Part shown: positions 1 through 13,241 of the stretch, in pieces | How the letters are laid out: each line of letters begins with the position of its first letter | Numbering within the stretch: position 1 is the stretch's first letter | Assembly (NCBI GenBank): GCA_002633005.1 | Contig: NMRA01000001.1 | Span: 4,010,102 to 4,074,101, forward strand | DNA length: 64,000 nucleotides | From: Phoronis australis | Taxonomy: Eukaryota > Animalia > Phoronida | Direction: 5' to 3' | The notes under the pieces: model-generated | Databases searched by the model: none | The model's input: the letters and a program-made list of their open reading frames with translations, nothing else | What the model was told of the DNA's origin: nothing | Program-made: the position numbers and the translations under genes

Positions 1-1254
1 CTTTCGTTTTTTCTCGCAATTATTTAACTTGTAGCTTTTCGGAGACTATTGTTAGATGAAATGGTTTCACTAGTATTAAAATTTTACTCTAAATATGTTA
101 TCAAGATGCTTCCTAAAATGCTTTGTAATAAAAATTCTTTATCAGAATAGGCCTACTATCAACCAAATCGGGATAACTTACGCAGAACACCGATGCGATG
201 CCCAGGTTACATGAAAAAAATTACCATGAGCATCTATAACCAACATTATGTCTTTGAAAAAGAAAAAAACAACAACACAAAACAGATTATAAATTCATTT
301 GTCTTTTGAATTATTGACATTTCTTTGACAGCGTTCTTAAAACCTCGGTCGCAAATACCCTTACCAGTGGATGCGAACATCGTGCGAACGACAATTTACG
401 CGTCCAAAGCTCCTAGACTTCCCTGCCCACGCGCAGCTCGGTCTGCTCGCTCACAAAAATTCTTCTCTCGCGCACGCTATTCCCTTCCCGCTATCCCTTT
501 CCCTTCTCACAGATATATTTCTTTGCTTACGGACAGACCAACCTTCCTCACGCACATTATTCCTTGTCCGCGATGCCACTTCCCCTTTGAGGACAAACTC
601 ATCATTGAGCTCCTGGAATGTTTCGTTGCTGTGTCATTTTTTCGATGAATTATTCGAATATCGGAAATCAAATAGAAATAATCATTTTCTCACTACATAC
701 TGTGAATGTCATGAACTTTATCAAATTTCGTTTAAAAAATTATCGATAGTTTACCAATACTCGTGTTCACTAGAACACCTGCTTACGAGTTCGTTGACCG
801 ACATGTATTATTGAGCGTAGAGTTCAATAGCATTTTCACTGTATCATTAATTACATTGCCAATACGTAATCATTCGATTTGTTTTTGTTTTCATTTTTAA
901 AGCTTAGAGGCAGTAGTTGTCGTAGGCAAGGAATTATGTGCGGAATCAGGGTTGGAAAATTTTGTGTGTGGGCAGGCGCAAGTGCACGCATGCAGGGAAT
1001 CTAGGTGCCTTGATTTCGTTCAGGCATTTCAAGGCAGCCTTAAGAGATAGGAGGTCCTGTCCAGGATTTTTACAAACTCGTTACCAAAACCCGTCATCTC
1101 AGCCTTCCGTATGTCTTGAGAATATTGTAAGAACGGCTTGCCGAATTCAACAGAAATCGATATGGAACCGCGACGTTTTATTACCCTTCTTTAGTGGCTA
1201 ACATGTATTTTTCCAATTATTCTGTGTAAACGAATTCGTCATCGAAACAATAAA

Positions 1255-1400
1255 GGTTTTACGGCCGAAAATACACTTTTGAAAATTGCCGTTGGGTGGG
1301 AGAGACTTCTTGAAGTTATTACCTTGACCAGAGCTGTATAAGAACAAAATCCGTCTTGTTTTTGCGATTTTGTTACATGCTGTCGCTGAAGTCAAGCCTT
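1255..1400 (+). repeat. Dispersed repeat shared with 3958-4120
   Basis: ttttacggccg...gaagtt.tta.c.ttgaccagagct.ta...ttttgcgattt in both; the second copy begins after TTAAAGGGG at about 3942. Confidence 0.6.
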
Positions 1401-2621
1401 ATGTCCAGTAAACACTACTTGTCTAAAAATACCGGGTAATACCAGTAAGATGAGTATCTTCGGAATTGCATGTAACTTTGGTTACATATTCATAATATAG
1501 AGAAATATTTTAGAAAAATCTATTGTCCTTTGTTTTTGGCTCAATTTCGCGAGGTTTTAAAATTTTTAGCCGTAAATTTCAACCAATCGAAATCAAAATA
1601 AATGCAAATGTAATGTTAATATCCCGGAGAATCAAAAAAGAAAATTTCAGAAAACTTGTTCTCACATTTTAGCTTGATTGTTTGAACTGAGTAATCGTTT
1701 TGCGTTCGGAAAAACAATAAAAATTCACAAAATTGAGGATACGTTTTCGGCCAATGCCAGAAATTTTCAGATAAGAGAGATACACGATTTCATTCCTCTA
1801 TTGTGTGACTTACAAGAACCACGTTCGATTTTGTAGGAAATTCGATTGTCATTGTGCAGTCACTCTTCAAACAAGGACACTCTTGCTGAGAACCGGTACT
1901 CGCAGTGATCACAGTTTATTCTCATTGCAAGTTGATTACTGCGTAAATATTAGCAATTGAGCGCTAGCTACCTATGGTTGACATCGATCTTTCTAAATAT
2001 TCACATGTTAGGTTTTTTCTCAGATGTCAACTCTAATACGCTCAAAATAATCTACCACCTATCGAATGAGGATTAGCTCCGCCAGCCACGATAACGTTTG
2101 ACTACGAAAGCAGGGTTCCAAGTTGGGACTCCGCGCTGAGGCTGGTCTTGGAAAAGTATTGTACTCGCATATTGTGGCCCTTTAATCGATTGAAGATTCT
2201 GGAAAACCCAATACATTTCTGTAACTGACAAGTGAGAATTTGCTCCATTGGCAAGGTGAATAGGCCGAAATTAGAACGGTTGGTGGCTTATGTCTCAGTA
2301 AAAGTGGCATTTTCTGTATTTGCATTTTGCTTCATCCAATTTCATTTTCAGACATTGCTTTTCTTTTCATAAGTATTTTCAATTTTACCTCAAAATAACA
2401 CTTAATGTAAATTATTTATTTTCTGTTACTATGTTCACTGGTGATCTTCTAACGGTAGTAAATGACGTCACTTGTCTACCTGATGAGCAATTTAGATATA
2501 TCAGTATATATTTGTGTATAAAGTATTTGAATATCATAAATTCTGAAGCATAGAATACTTAATTGCCTTGTTGCTAATACATTTACTTTTAAGTAACCGC
2601 ATTAGCAACAATAGTTAAAAT

Positions 2622-2687
2622 TATTGTATTGTATTGTATTGCATTGTATTGCATTGCATTGCATTGCATTGTATTGTATTGTATTGT
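2622..2687. repeat. Pentanucleotide microsatellite (TATTG/CATTG)n
   Basis: Read directly from the sequence. Confidence 0.9.
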
Positions 2688-5600
2688 GTCTTTGTATATT
2701 CCACATTTTCGAATGAGTAAAGCTCTTTGCCATTTTTTTTTCCTTCTTTATTTTCTTTATTTCTCACTGGTTTTGTTTCTCCATGTGCTTTTCCATTTTA
2801 ACAAATACTGTTTTTGGAAACCTTATTTCATACATCGATGTAGATTACCAGTCACCCAGTGGCAAATTAGATGATGCGGAATAATTCTTTCGTGGACTTA
2901 GCTGAGAATTGCACGCAACGTTTCTTCGACTGCTTGGAAAATCGAACGTGGCTGGTTTCATTTCTCAAGTAATTCCAGGAACGAATTAAAAATTTCCGGA
3001 TCTTATTTCTTATTTCATACAATCAGTCTTAGTGAGATACAGAATTGTCATTGTTAGTCTGTTTTTGGTTTCATTACTAAAACTGCAATTTCCAATTTGT
3101 TAGACTGGTTACATCATTTATTAGCTAAAAATTACAATTCACTTTCGTATACGCTATTTTAAGGGCCCAAATCCGAAACATCAAACCTTCGAAACGCGCA
3201 ATGTCCGACTTTATAATCGAAGACCCCTGCTACAGTGTGACAAGGATTGTAAGCGCTCAACGCGCCTGTAAATAACACGCCTTCTGTACAAGTGTATTCT
3301 CTAAACAAAAATAATTAGGGATTTGTTATGCAGTGATATGCAATGATATCCACAGGCATCGTATCAACTGAATGCTATCTGTAAAAAACGAGCAAGCGTA
3401 GGGCATAACAAAGAGTTACGAAAAGGTTATAGATGTGACAATACTGCTTAATCCCGTTCGCAACGACTTTCTCAAAAATTTCGTTATTCTCGATTATCAA
3501 AAATACCTAATTACACGTGCCGGCAGATCGTTGCATACGAGAGTAGCTATTTGCACTGTGATTGACAACTCGTTTCCTTGAAAAAATTAAATTGTGTCAG
3601 ACATGACCGCTATGAATTGAGTTAAGTGACATCTTTCTTTTTGTAAATCAAAGTTAATTCAAGGTAATCACTGGGCATCTGTAGTCTGAATAAACTGGTT
3701 ACATTTTAATAACAACATGCGTCTGCGCAACTGATCGCACGAGTGCATACTTGGAGTGATACTAGGTTTTTACTAAAACGTCAGATTTCGTCTCAGTTAT
3801 TTTCAAGTTCGTGTAACATTCTGCAATGGCCATAAACTAAGTAACCCAACAATGAAAAATAGTTTGAAAACATTTCAATGTCTACTGTTTATGTTGAATA
3901 GACTTTAACAAATTAAGGCCATTAATAAAAAGGTTAAATATTTAAAGGGGCATTATCTGTTTTACGGCCGTAAAAAACGCATTATTGTTGGGAAAAATAA
4001 ACTGTTCGAAGTTGTTAGCTTTGACCAGAGCTATAAACAACTAAATTCATTGTGTTTTGCGATTTCAATACAAAATACGAGTTCTCGTCGTTGTCTGCCT
4101 GACATTCTCTGAAATCAAGACCTTAGTCTTTACCATTGAAAAACGCTTAAAATACTTTGCTATTTAATGCGAGGGATTTGACTCAGCGGCAGATCGTTCG
4201 GCTGCAACTGCGGAGCTCATGGATTGTATTTCGCACAACTGTTAATTTCAGTAGAATTGCTTTTCTCGCCGAGGTCATATCTTTAAAATTGTAAAATACT
4301 TTGAAACAACAGAGTTCCAATTCAGCAGCGCAATTCTATGCTGTGCTCGTTGATCTTTTTAGAAAAAAATCATAGTACTGCTTAGCAAGTCAGTTTTGTC
4401 ATTAGATAAATGTCTACTTTAATATAAAAACTTGAATTCTTATCTTGCTAATTGCTCTAAATGTGCGTGTCAAAAATTAACGGAATAAAAAACGTCAACA
4501 CATGTGACCGCCACGTGCCTAGCCTCCCCGATTCAATTTGCCGGGAACCTAATACAAAACCAAGGAATAACTGTTAAAATTTAACAACAAAAATCGTATC
4601 AAATATCACCTTTAAAACCTCAAACTTCGCCTCGCGAAAGCGTTGTTGTTAATTTCTTTTCAGGGACATTAAGTTCTGACAGTTGTTAAAGTTAATGATA
4701 GCGAATATGACACTTTTTATTGTATGATGTTTCTTGTCTCCAGTTAGTGCACGTGCCTTTGCTCGTTGTCGGATTTTATAGGCACTGCGAATGTGCGACA
4801 GTTTGTAATTTGTAAAAACACAAAAGTATCAGTTTCATTTGAAAAAAGGACGCTGGTGATGATGAACAATTGGGCATGGAACTGTGATTTTAAAAGGATA
4901 CTAAACTAAGTTTCGGTAATTTAATTCAAAATTAGTTCCGTGACCTGCTATTGCACTTCCCCACATATTGTCTTTCTGAAATTTTGGCCTCATTGTGTCA
5001 CAAAATTGAAACGGTGGCTCGAGGCTGGCGGCCACTTCCCGAAGCCAATCATTAACTCATCCACAGCGTTAGTCACACTTAGCATATTTTTTGTTGGTGT
5101 CGAATCTGAATCAAATTTCAAGGCATTGGCGATAGTCTACAGAGTTTTAATTCGGTACAATATCCATTAATCGTCAAAATCCGACTTAAGTATCCTTTCA
5201 AGAGCAGCAGACTTCGAATCCACTGTACCATAAATGAACTCTCTTCCATTAAAGATGCATAGTCTCATTGTGAATATGCAAATGAGATACTAATTCACGA
5301 ACAACCCCGAGTCTTCCAGTGTGACGGAAATCATCCGAAAACTAGTCACCATTACAATCTCGCGAAAGTTCCTTTTTGCGAGACTATTTTTATGTAAATG
5401 AGTATGGTAATATTTCATCGTTACCTTAATGAGAGAAGGGTCCGTTTTTATTATTTGTTTATTTTACTGCCAAATAACGATTGCGCAATATTTGGAATTA
5501 CTAGGTTTCACACTTGTTTTGAAGTGTATCAGTTGTAGCGTTTTCTGTAGAACCGCAATTTATTTACAATCTGTCTCTTTTCTACTTGTATAAACAGTTC

Positions 5601-5825
5601 TCCAGTAAGTCACTAGGTTAGGTGGCGCTTGCTTTAAATTTAAAAATTCACTGTTTTAAGGAGACATAGCATCTTTAACCACCATAAAAAGGACGTAAAA
5701 GTTGTAGTGAGTGTTCTTACAGAAGAGGCGAATGTTAACGAAAAGTTGCTGGACCTGATTTAAGCGAATAAACAGTTATAATTCTGATGAGACAGAAGCT
5801 GTCTTGCTCAAATCGAAAATGTTAC

Positions 5826-6061
5826 CTGAATTCTTGCTTCATTTAACTTGGTCACACGGGCCAGTTCTTCCCTGCAGTAAATGTCCGGATAATGGCTTTT
5901 GGCGAAGGCTTGCTCGAGTTCTTGAAGCTGTTCTTGTGTGAAAGTAGTGCGATGTCGCCGTCTAGCTGGCGTGGGGCATGCTGCGGGATTGTGGGGGCTT
6001 GAAGTACTTGTAATGGATACCACACCATCGGGTTTGAGTTTTTTGAACGCCCCGTCGCCTC
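5826..6061 (-). CDS. Prop: Prop1/unc-42-type paired-like homeobox exon (homeodomain residues 1-46)
   Basis: [46 protein letters not shown] closely matches the Prop family (C. elegans UNC-42, Drosophila CG32532, vertebrate PROP1). Acceptor tctttacag| at 6062; donor CAG|GTAAC at 5825, the typical PRD-class intron between homeodomain residues 46 and 47. The VWFQNRR exon is not found in 1-5825, so it lies outside the window. Confidence 0.92.
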
Positions 6062-6364
6062 CTGTAAAGACCAACTATGTGTGAACTTCAGTGTGTCTAA
6101 CCATATCGGTAATGACGTCATATGTTCACGCAGCTTTTGGTGTTTTAACGGAGAAAGGGTTGAGCATTTCCATAAATGACGATCATGCTCGGTTAAACAG
6201 CCGGTCGGTTTACATTCTGCTCCCGTTTGCCAGAAATAGCTCGACATTCATGCTTACTTTGGATTGATTTTAAATTTTAACCTTAGTGAAATTGGTTTTG
6301 AAAAACTCATTTGGTTTTCAGTCGTTGACTAATTAACCGATTGAGTCTCAAAAGTTTTCGAATG

Positions 6365-6397
6365 GTCGGCGGCAAGTCGGCGGCAAGTCGGCGGCAA
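6365..6397. repeat. 11-bp tandem repeat (GTCGGCGGCAA)x3
   Basis: Read directly; lies in Prop intron 1. Confidence 0.8.
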
Positions 6398-9300
6398 AAT
6401 TATACAACACTTCCTTTCTCTAATTGGCGGGATACGATTTGAAAACTGTATTACCTACGCGTTTTTGGGCCACCTATTACCTGAGTATATTGTTGTTGTA
6501 CGTCCTGCCCAAGCTGTTTAAATATTTGCCCGGTAAAGTAAGCTTTTGAGTTTCATTTGACTCATCAGCCGGAGAAGTCGAGGGTCACTGGTCTTGCCCA
6601 TTTTGCGAAAACAAAAGCAAAAGAAAAGAACGATGACGTAAGAGGGTCGAGGTAATTTCTATAAAAATGAACAGCTGTTATGACATTGTAGACCAAAAGT
6701 GAAAATTTTCGTCTTGCGATCTATACAACTTCTTCCGCAAGATGCCGTAATCGCAATTTAGCAGAGTACAAACGTCACTGAGGACATTCCTCAACGTTAT
6801 TATTTGATTAATCAGACAATTTTTTTACATTATTGCTAAACTGTGATGTACTAACAATTGTATTGAATTTTTCAATAACAGCGGAGAAGGAACATAAGAC
6901 TAATAAGGAACATAAGACAATGATAAAGAGCATACGACAATAACGGAGAAGGAGCATAAGACAAAGATTTTGACTTAAGCATGAAGTCACTTTCGACGAA
7001 GCATACCCCTCAGTAATTTAACTTCTCAATTTGTATTCAATATTGATTGAGTATTCATATTCTATTGGTCTTTCACAATCTCGGCTATACAGTGCGCCAA
7101 ATAGCTCTGAAATTGGTCGCATTTGCGTTTCTCACGCAAACTTGAAAGAAATCACTGGCACCATAAAATGATATTTAATTTACAACCACGATTAAGTTTA
7201 AACAATTAATACAATCAAATGTAATTTCTACCATGCTCACTAAAAGAGCAAATCATTTCCTTTCTGTTGAATGATGTTTAAGACATGAAAATTAATTTAC
7301 AAAACAAATTATCAGATTTCCCATCCGTGTTTATCAAAGCAGAAATACTGGATATTTGATTACCGTTCCGCCAGATATGATTTGCTGAACAGATACACTG
7401 GTATGTATGAAAGAATTTCATTATTAGTTTGCAGGAAATCACCCTATAAGTGAATCTATTTGAGTGAGCAGTGATTAGGCATTGAGACGACCAGTTAAGA
7501 CTGAACAGGCATGTAAATGAACTCGTCATTACGCTCAAATTAACACAATGATTGAGATAACACGATAAAACACAGGCAGTCGTAATAAACGTAATGTACG
7601 GTGTCTTCACTGTTTTCAGTCGTAGTAGTTTAATTTCATATAAGATATGCGTTTTCAAATGAGCTATTTGCAAAGTACAATTTTTTAAGAATTCCCAGAA
7701 CTGAATTTATTCCATGTAATACAGTTGAGACCCACCCCGCACCTTCAATTGGAAAACTACTTTTACGCTCTGATCGATAAGTCGCCGTGGGCTTAAAACA
7801 TGTCATAACATAATTCCATAACTTCCTCGTTTTTTCATCAAATTAATTACAGTAATCAAGTTTAATATTTTAATGTACTTTGTGTCAAGTTATTTCGTGT
7901 TTTACATTTATTGAACAATACGGTTCAATTTTAAAAACACAACCAAAGGTCCAGATTGCAGATTAAGTTTCACTTTACATTGCTTCAGTACAGAATTGTT
8001 GCTAAACATTGTGCATCGAGAAACGTTCTAATCGCCGTCATTAATAAGTGTAAATTCAATAATCTTACTTTCGGTTTTCTTTATTGCAAACTAGCTCCAG
8101 ATCATTTCACGTGAAAATATGATCGATATGAATCACAGTATGCACCACATAATATTCAGAACTGTTGGAGATGATTACCGGTTTCATTTTTTAAACCGTA
8201 TTCAGCAAACGTGCGTTTGAGAGACAAACATCCTGAATTATCAATTTTGTCGTCTGCCCATGAAATTTATGACTACGCAGACGACAATTGCAGTATCTTG
8301 TGTTTGAAGTTGTCTGAATCGGAATAACCAAGTGTTTGTAGTGCCACATATTTTAATTCGAGAGCGGCTTTACAGTTATGTAGGACCACATCCACAAGTC
8401 CGTGTATTTAGCCAAAATGTAGATTTAAATTTAGTAAAAGCATACATTTTCTGAACGTAGAAAACCTGTGAAAATTAATGATTGACTTTATACCAATCTG
8501 CTATTGATTGGGTCACGGGACCATGTAGTTATATTAATACTTGACAAAAAGGAAAGATACGTTGATCGTAAAACTACGCCCTCAATAACATGACGAAATT
8601 TTGTGTAATGAAAATGTTCAAGATGAAATTTCAAAAGGATGTGATTGTTTTCTAAATTATCGTTTCGTTGACGTATTTTACAACTTTTCCGTTTTCTTTT
8701 CCGTTTCTTAAAACTTCGCAATTTTTAGAAAACATCAATATCCGTTGCATACTTTGTTTTAGTTTCAAAGGAATCAGTGAGTACTTTTTCAAAATGCATA
8801 TTAAGAAACAATAAAATTGTGATCCATCTGTCAACTGATATTGTGCATCTCCAATCTAATCATACATTCTACGTAACACTGAACAAGGCACGTGGTTATC
8901 TTCCACTCGTTATTCTAAAAAACCCATATTGAACACATAAAACATACCTATACCATGCGTAGTTAAAACATGTCTTCTCGATTCGGAGTGATTCTAATGG
9001 CTTTACGTTGGCGCAAAAGAAACACGTATAACACAAGTGCATGGAATTTCGTTAGCATATTAAACGGATTCAATTTTGACACCAAGGTAAGCACTAGGTA
9101 TTCGGAAGAAGATGGAAAATGAGTCTTTTTAGCGGAAAACCTTACAACTAATGTACTATTAGAACACTGAAGTTCATTCAGAAACCTTTTGAATTAAGAA
9201 GACCTTCGCAGATGAAAGCTTTTAATTGACAATGTGTCCAGGTGGTTCAATACAAGCGTTGATGGTACTCTTACATCTGTCAGACAGTCGAAGAGTGGTT

Positions 9301-9991
9301 GCAATCATAAATTAATTGACTTTCTCACCTGAGTTATATGCTGTTAGAAGACGTATGAATTCTTCGTGTGAAATAAACGCTATTAGCACAAAAAATAATT
9401 CGGGAAGACGACGTGGTAACTGTAGATGCGGTGATATTATTTTTTTTTTCAAATTCATCATTGGCGGAGTTATCAGCTCGCAAACTAATAAATAAATTAT
9501 TTCAAATTTAGCTACTTAATTTCTCGTAGCTATAAAAGACAAACCGGTATGAATGTTATTTATTAGCTGTGTAAACGCCATTCTATGATTTTGTACGGCG
9601 ATGCTATACAGGATATTGAATAAACATTTTTCCGATCTGAGCCGCAGAAAAATTGAAAAATTAATAACTGATTATGATAAATTAAAGTTTATTTGAAACA
9701 TATTCTCGTTTTTTATATTTAATGCATGGTGTAAACAAGTAAATGTCAGTAACAATATGGCGTTATCCACGTACAAATTTTATGATATTTTATTTGATTA
9801 CCTAACGCCATTTAAATCCGAATATTATCACATGCCGAAATTCAATAACAATTTGTTCTATGGTAAAACTATGGAGGCATTGTAATTCCTACCCATATAT
9901 TAATTTAACTGGTTAATTTAATTCACTGCTGTCCAGTTTAATAAATGGTCTAAATAAGACACAATGAAATTACAGAAAAGTAAAAGGTTAC

Positions 9992-10094
9992 CTTCTATAG
10001 TTCTGCTGGTCTGACTCGCCTCCAACGGATAGAGAGAAGAAAAATCTTCGCACTTTCTTTTTTCGCTTTCAGCTAAAGCTCTGTCGTCTGCCAT
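9992..10094 (-). CDS. Prop: Prop1/unc-42-like homeobox gene, probable coding exon 1 (MADDRALAESEKRKCEDFSSLYPLEASQTSRTIE-G)
   Basis: ATG at 10094, 34 open codons plus 1 nt, donor G|GTAACC at 9991. Phase 1 matches the phase-1 acceptor of the homeobox exon at 6061. TATA-like and CCAAT motifs lie just upstream. The peptide itself has no recognised homology. Confidence 0.6.
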
Positions 10095-10114
10095 GGTTTA
10101 AATAAATTTGCTTA

Positions 10115-10310
10115 ATCCCTTTATAAATGATGTGTTTAAGATTCTTTAAACGTCCTAGGAAACTGACTTGGAGTAATGTAATTTGCGAAATTTCTAACAT
10201 TTATATGTTTTCCGTACGTGCTTCGATGTGCGATGATTTGACCAATCATAATGCAGTTATGACTTCATACTGGCATGTCTCGGGCACGCGCTTCATTCTC
10301 ATTGGTCAAC
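10115..10310 (-). promoter_or_regulatory. Putative Prop proximal promoter
   Basis: TATAAA-like motif near 10120-10126 and CCAAT/ATTGG boxes near 10242 and 10301, just upstream of the ATG exon. Motif evidence only. Confidence 0.35.
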
Positions 10311-10808
10311 ACCTCGTTCTCGCATTAAACGATTGCTGACAGTGTTTCCTAAAAATTTGTTGAGGTTTTTGCTTTGGCCTAATAACAATAGCTAAACAAC
10401 TAGTCGGCAGGTAACTTTCTTGCTTATTTTTTACCCATTTTTGAATTTATCCGTGGTGTTACGAAATTACCTGTACTTGTATTCCGACACACGGCTTTTA
10501 ATCAGTAATCATTTCTCAAATCCCTATTGTATGAGGCCAACAATTGACGTTAATTAATCAGGCAAATTAATAGCGATTATTGTAATGACTTGTGTTACTG
10601 AAGTTAACATATGTCAAAAGAAAATACAGTGGCAATAGCGTTCACTAATTTGTGACAGAGTGATTTTATGGATGCAATTAGGGGATTTATATCAGAAGGG
10701 AGGGTAAGCTCTTAATCGTTGTCAGACTACTGTGGAGCTTGAGTAGTGAAGACGGAATTGCATTTTGACATTCCATTTCACTTGAAAATGTTTAAAATGT
10801 TCTGTTTG

Positions 10809-11051
10809 CATGCGCGCACCAAGCCTAAGATATAGGGGGTCTCGAATTTTTGTCACTGTGAACCTAACTAACAAAAAATACGGGGGACCAAATATAAAAA
10901 AGGGTGTACCACGTTCAGAGCTGTGAACGCCTTCTTAGTGGACTTTTGTCTCGTTTTCTCGGACTTTCTGTTTCTCTGAAGACCTTTTTGCCCACTTCGT
11001 CAAATGGGGGGGCTTGTTCGAGCCCCCCGAGCACCCTTGGGTGCGCGCATG
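10809..11051 (+). mobile_element. MITE family A (about 240 bp, TIR CATGCGCGCACC)
   Basis: TIRs CATGCGCGCACC / GGTGCGCGCATG; flanks GTTTG / TTTTG (imperfect 5-bp TSD); homologous copies elsewhere in the window. Confidence 0.8.
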
Positions 11052-11280
11052 TTTTGGGGATGGAAATCTGATTTATAATTTTTATTTTAGGCGGTGAATA
11101 AGGATAGAAAAATGTCCTTCGTGATATTTTGTTTGGTTATCCACTCTGGTTTCCAATGAATAGGATGAGGCCAAGAAACCTGTCACAGACCTCTACCAAA
11201 CTTCTTAGTCTTGAGTCTAGTGTATATTAAGGAATTTTATTGATTTCGAGTGAAATCGACAAAAGTCTGATTCTTCGTAA

Positions 11281-11794
11281 GTTTAAATAGGACCCCAGAA
11301 AAATGTATAATTTTGGCCAACTTCGGAACATCGCATCTCAGAAATGACTGATCGGATTCACACGAAACTTTGAGATGCTATGCGTTATACACTGTTTTCT
11401 AAAATAAAGTTAGGGCTTATTCTTACAATGTTCCACATTTGCATGAGGGGATATCAAAAAACAGAACTTGTTTGATTTTTATGAAAAAAGTAAAGTTGCT
11501 TAAAACAAAAAGCAAAAATTTTAAAAAACTGTTACAACGTTTTCAGATCTTATCTTGAACATTTATGCATACAAAATTTGGTCATGTTATTAATCCTGTT
11601 GTTTTGCTATGAATGTACCTTTCTTTTTTGTTAAATTTTCTTAAAAAGTAAGGTCACCCTTTGTTAATGGCAGATCGGCATAAAGTCAAAAATCAATTTC
11701 TACTTAATTTCTACTTTCAGAAAATATATACCTTGCAGAGTTAAACTCTGTAGTTTTGTACATATTTGGCTACATTTGACTTGTCGATAAAGTC
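11281..11794 (+). mobile_element. MITE family C copy, right terminus missing here (terminus present at 12388-12400)
   Basis: Colinear with 61949-62451 (ggaacatc.catctcagaaatg.ctgat.ggattca); ends ...gacttgtcgataaagtc. Confidence 0.7.
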
Positions 11795-13241
11795 TGTAAC
11801 AGTAACAGTATTAGTAATGGTAATGGTCATGGTGATGGTGATTATAATAACAATTCAAAGTTTTTGTTCAGGGTAACTATCCATAAGTACAAATACAATA
11901 TTAATATATACATAAAGGAAAACATTTTTGTTATCTTTTCAACGGTATCGATTGCAATAAGACGTCAACGGTGACGGCCACTTTGTCTCCAACCGCAAAC
12001 AAAGTTTACACAAAACATGAACGAACTGAATAGAGTAAACAAACGGACATGTCAATAGATTTTTGTTTATCCAAATACAATTTTAAAGGAGGTTCAAGCA
12101 GGTAGGCCCGATCGGTGTTAAAATATTTAGTCATTGTGGAAGCCACAGAATCTAAGACGCTATTCTACCAGAAGAACAGAATAAATCAACTTACCTTGGT
12201 ACATGCGTGCAAACCAGAATTGATTTTTGACGGATTCATTCCGTGCGGCCATCGAATGCTCGTGCTCAATCTGTCTTCGGAAAAAGGGCGAATTTAACTT
12301 CTGATACGCAATACCTGGTTCCTCTTGCCACTTGTACACATCGGATGACCACATCACTATATTGTCGAAATATCAACTTTTATTTGNGTCCTACATAACC
12401 TTAAACTAATTAAAAGGATTCATCGGCATGATGACATCTTGAACCCGTGACCTTTGGTTTATGAAAATGCTGAAGAACAGAATTGTAGTGATAAAATAGT
12501 AATCAAATCTCAACAAAAGAAAGCTTTCGATTCAATTAAGTACTACTACTGCTGCTGCTGCTGCCGCCGCCGCCGCCGCCGCCGCTGCCGCCGCCGCAGA
12601 AGCCGCCGCCGCCGCTGCCGTTGCTGCTGCATACAAAAATGATGATAACTGTAACAGTAACAGTATTAGTAATGGTAATGGTCATGGTGATGGTGATTAT
12701 AATAACAATTCAAAGTTTTTATTCAGGGTAACTATCCATAAGTACAAATACAATATTAATATATACATAAAGGAAAACATTTTTGTTATCTTTTCAACGG
12801 TATCGATTGCAATAAGACGTCAACGGTGACGGCCACTTTGTCTCCAACCGCAAACAAAGTTTACACAAAACACGAACGAACTGAATAGAGTAAACAAACG
12901 GACATGTCAATAGATTTTTGTTTATCCAAATACATTTTTAAAGGAGGTTCAAGCAGGTAGGCCCGATCGGTGTTAAAATATTTAGTCATTGTGGAAGCCA
13001 CAGAATCTAAGACGCTATTCTACCAGAAGAACAGAATAAATCAACTTACCTTGGTACATGCGTGCAAACCAGAATTGATTTTTGACGGATTCATTCCGTG
13101 CGGCCATCGAATGCTCGTGCTCAATCTGTCTTCGGAAAAAGGGCGAATTTAACTTCTGATACGCAATACCTGGTTCCTCTTGCCACTTGTACACATCGGA
13201 TGACCACATCACTATATTGTCGAAATATCAACTTTTATTTG
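11794..13241. other. 593-bp duplication at N 12387 (likely uncollapsed alleles)
   Basis: 11794-12386 versus 12649-13241, offset 855, nearly identical. Confidence 0.85.
12541..12630. repeat. Compound trinucleotide microsatellite (TAC)(TGC)(CGC)n
   Basis: Read directly; explains the poly-R/C ORF at 12454-12642. Confidence 0.9.

Noticed and set aside
325-814. Two overlapping + strand ORFs (107 and 147 aa) and a - strand GTAAG donor near 365
   Set aside because: No recognisable protein; the - strand frames I translated contain stops and lack the VWFQNRR expected of the next Prop exon.
6478-6605. Possible extra Prop coding exon
   Set aside because: All three - strand frames contain stops, and exons 1 and 2 already join in phase.
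7150-10600. TAAT/ATTA clusters as Prop autoregulatory P3 sites
   Set aside because: Expected by chance in AT-rich DNA; I found no clean TAAT-N3-ATTA palindrome cluster.
12454-12642. Protamine-like poly-Arg/Cys ORF
   Set aside because: Translation of a trinucleotide microsatellite.
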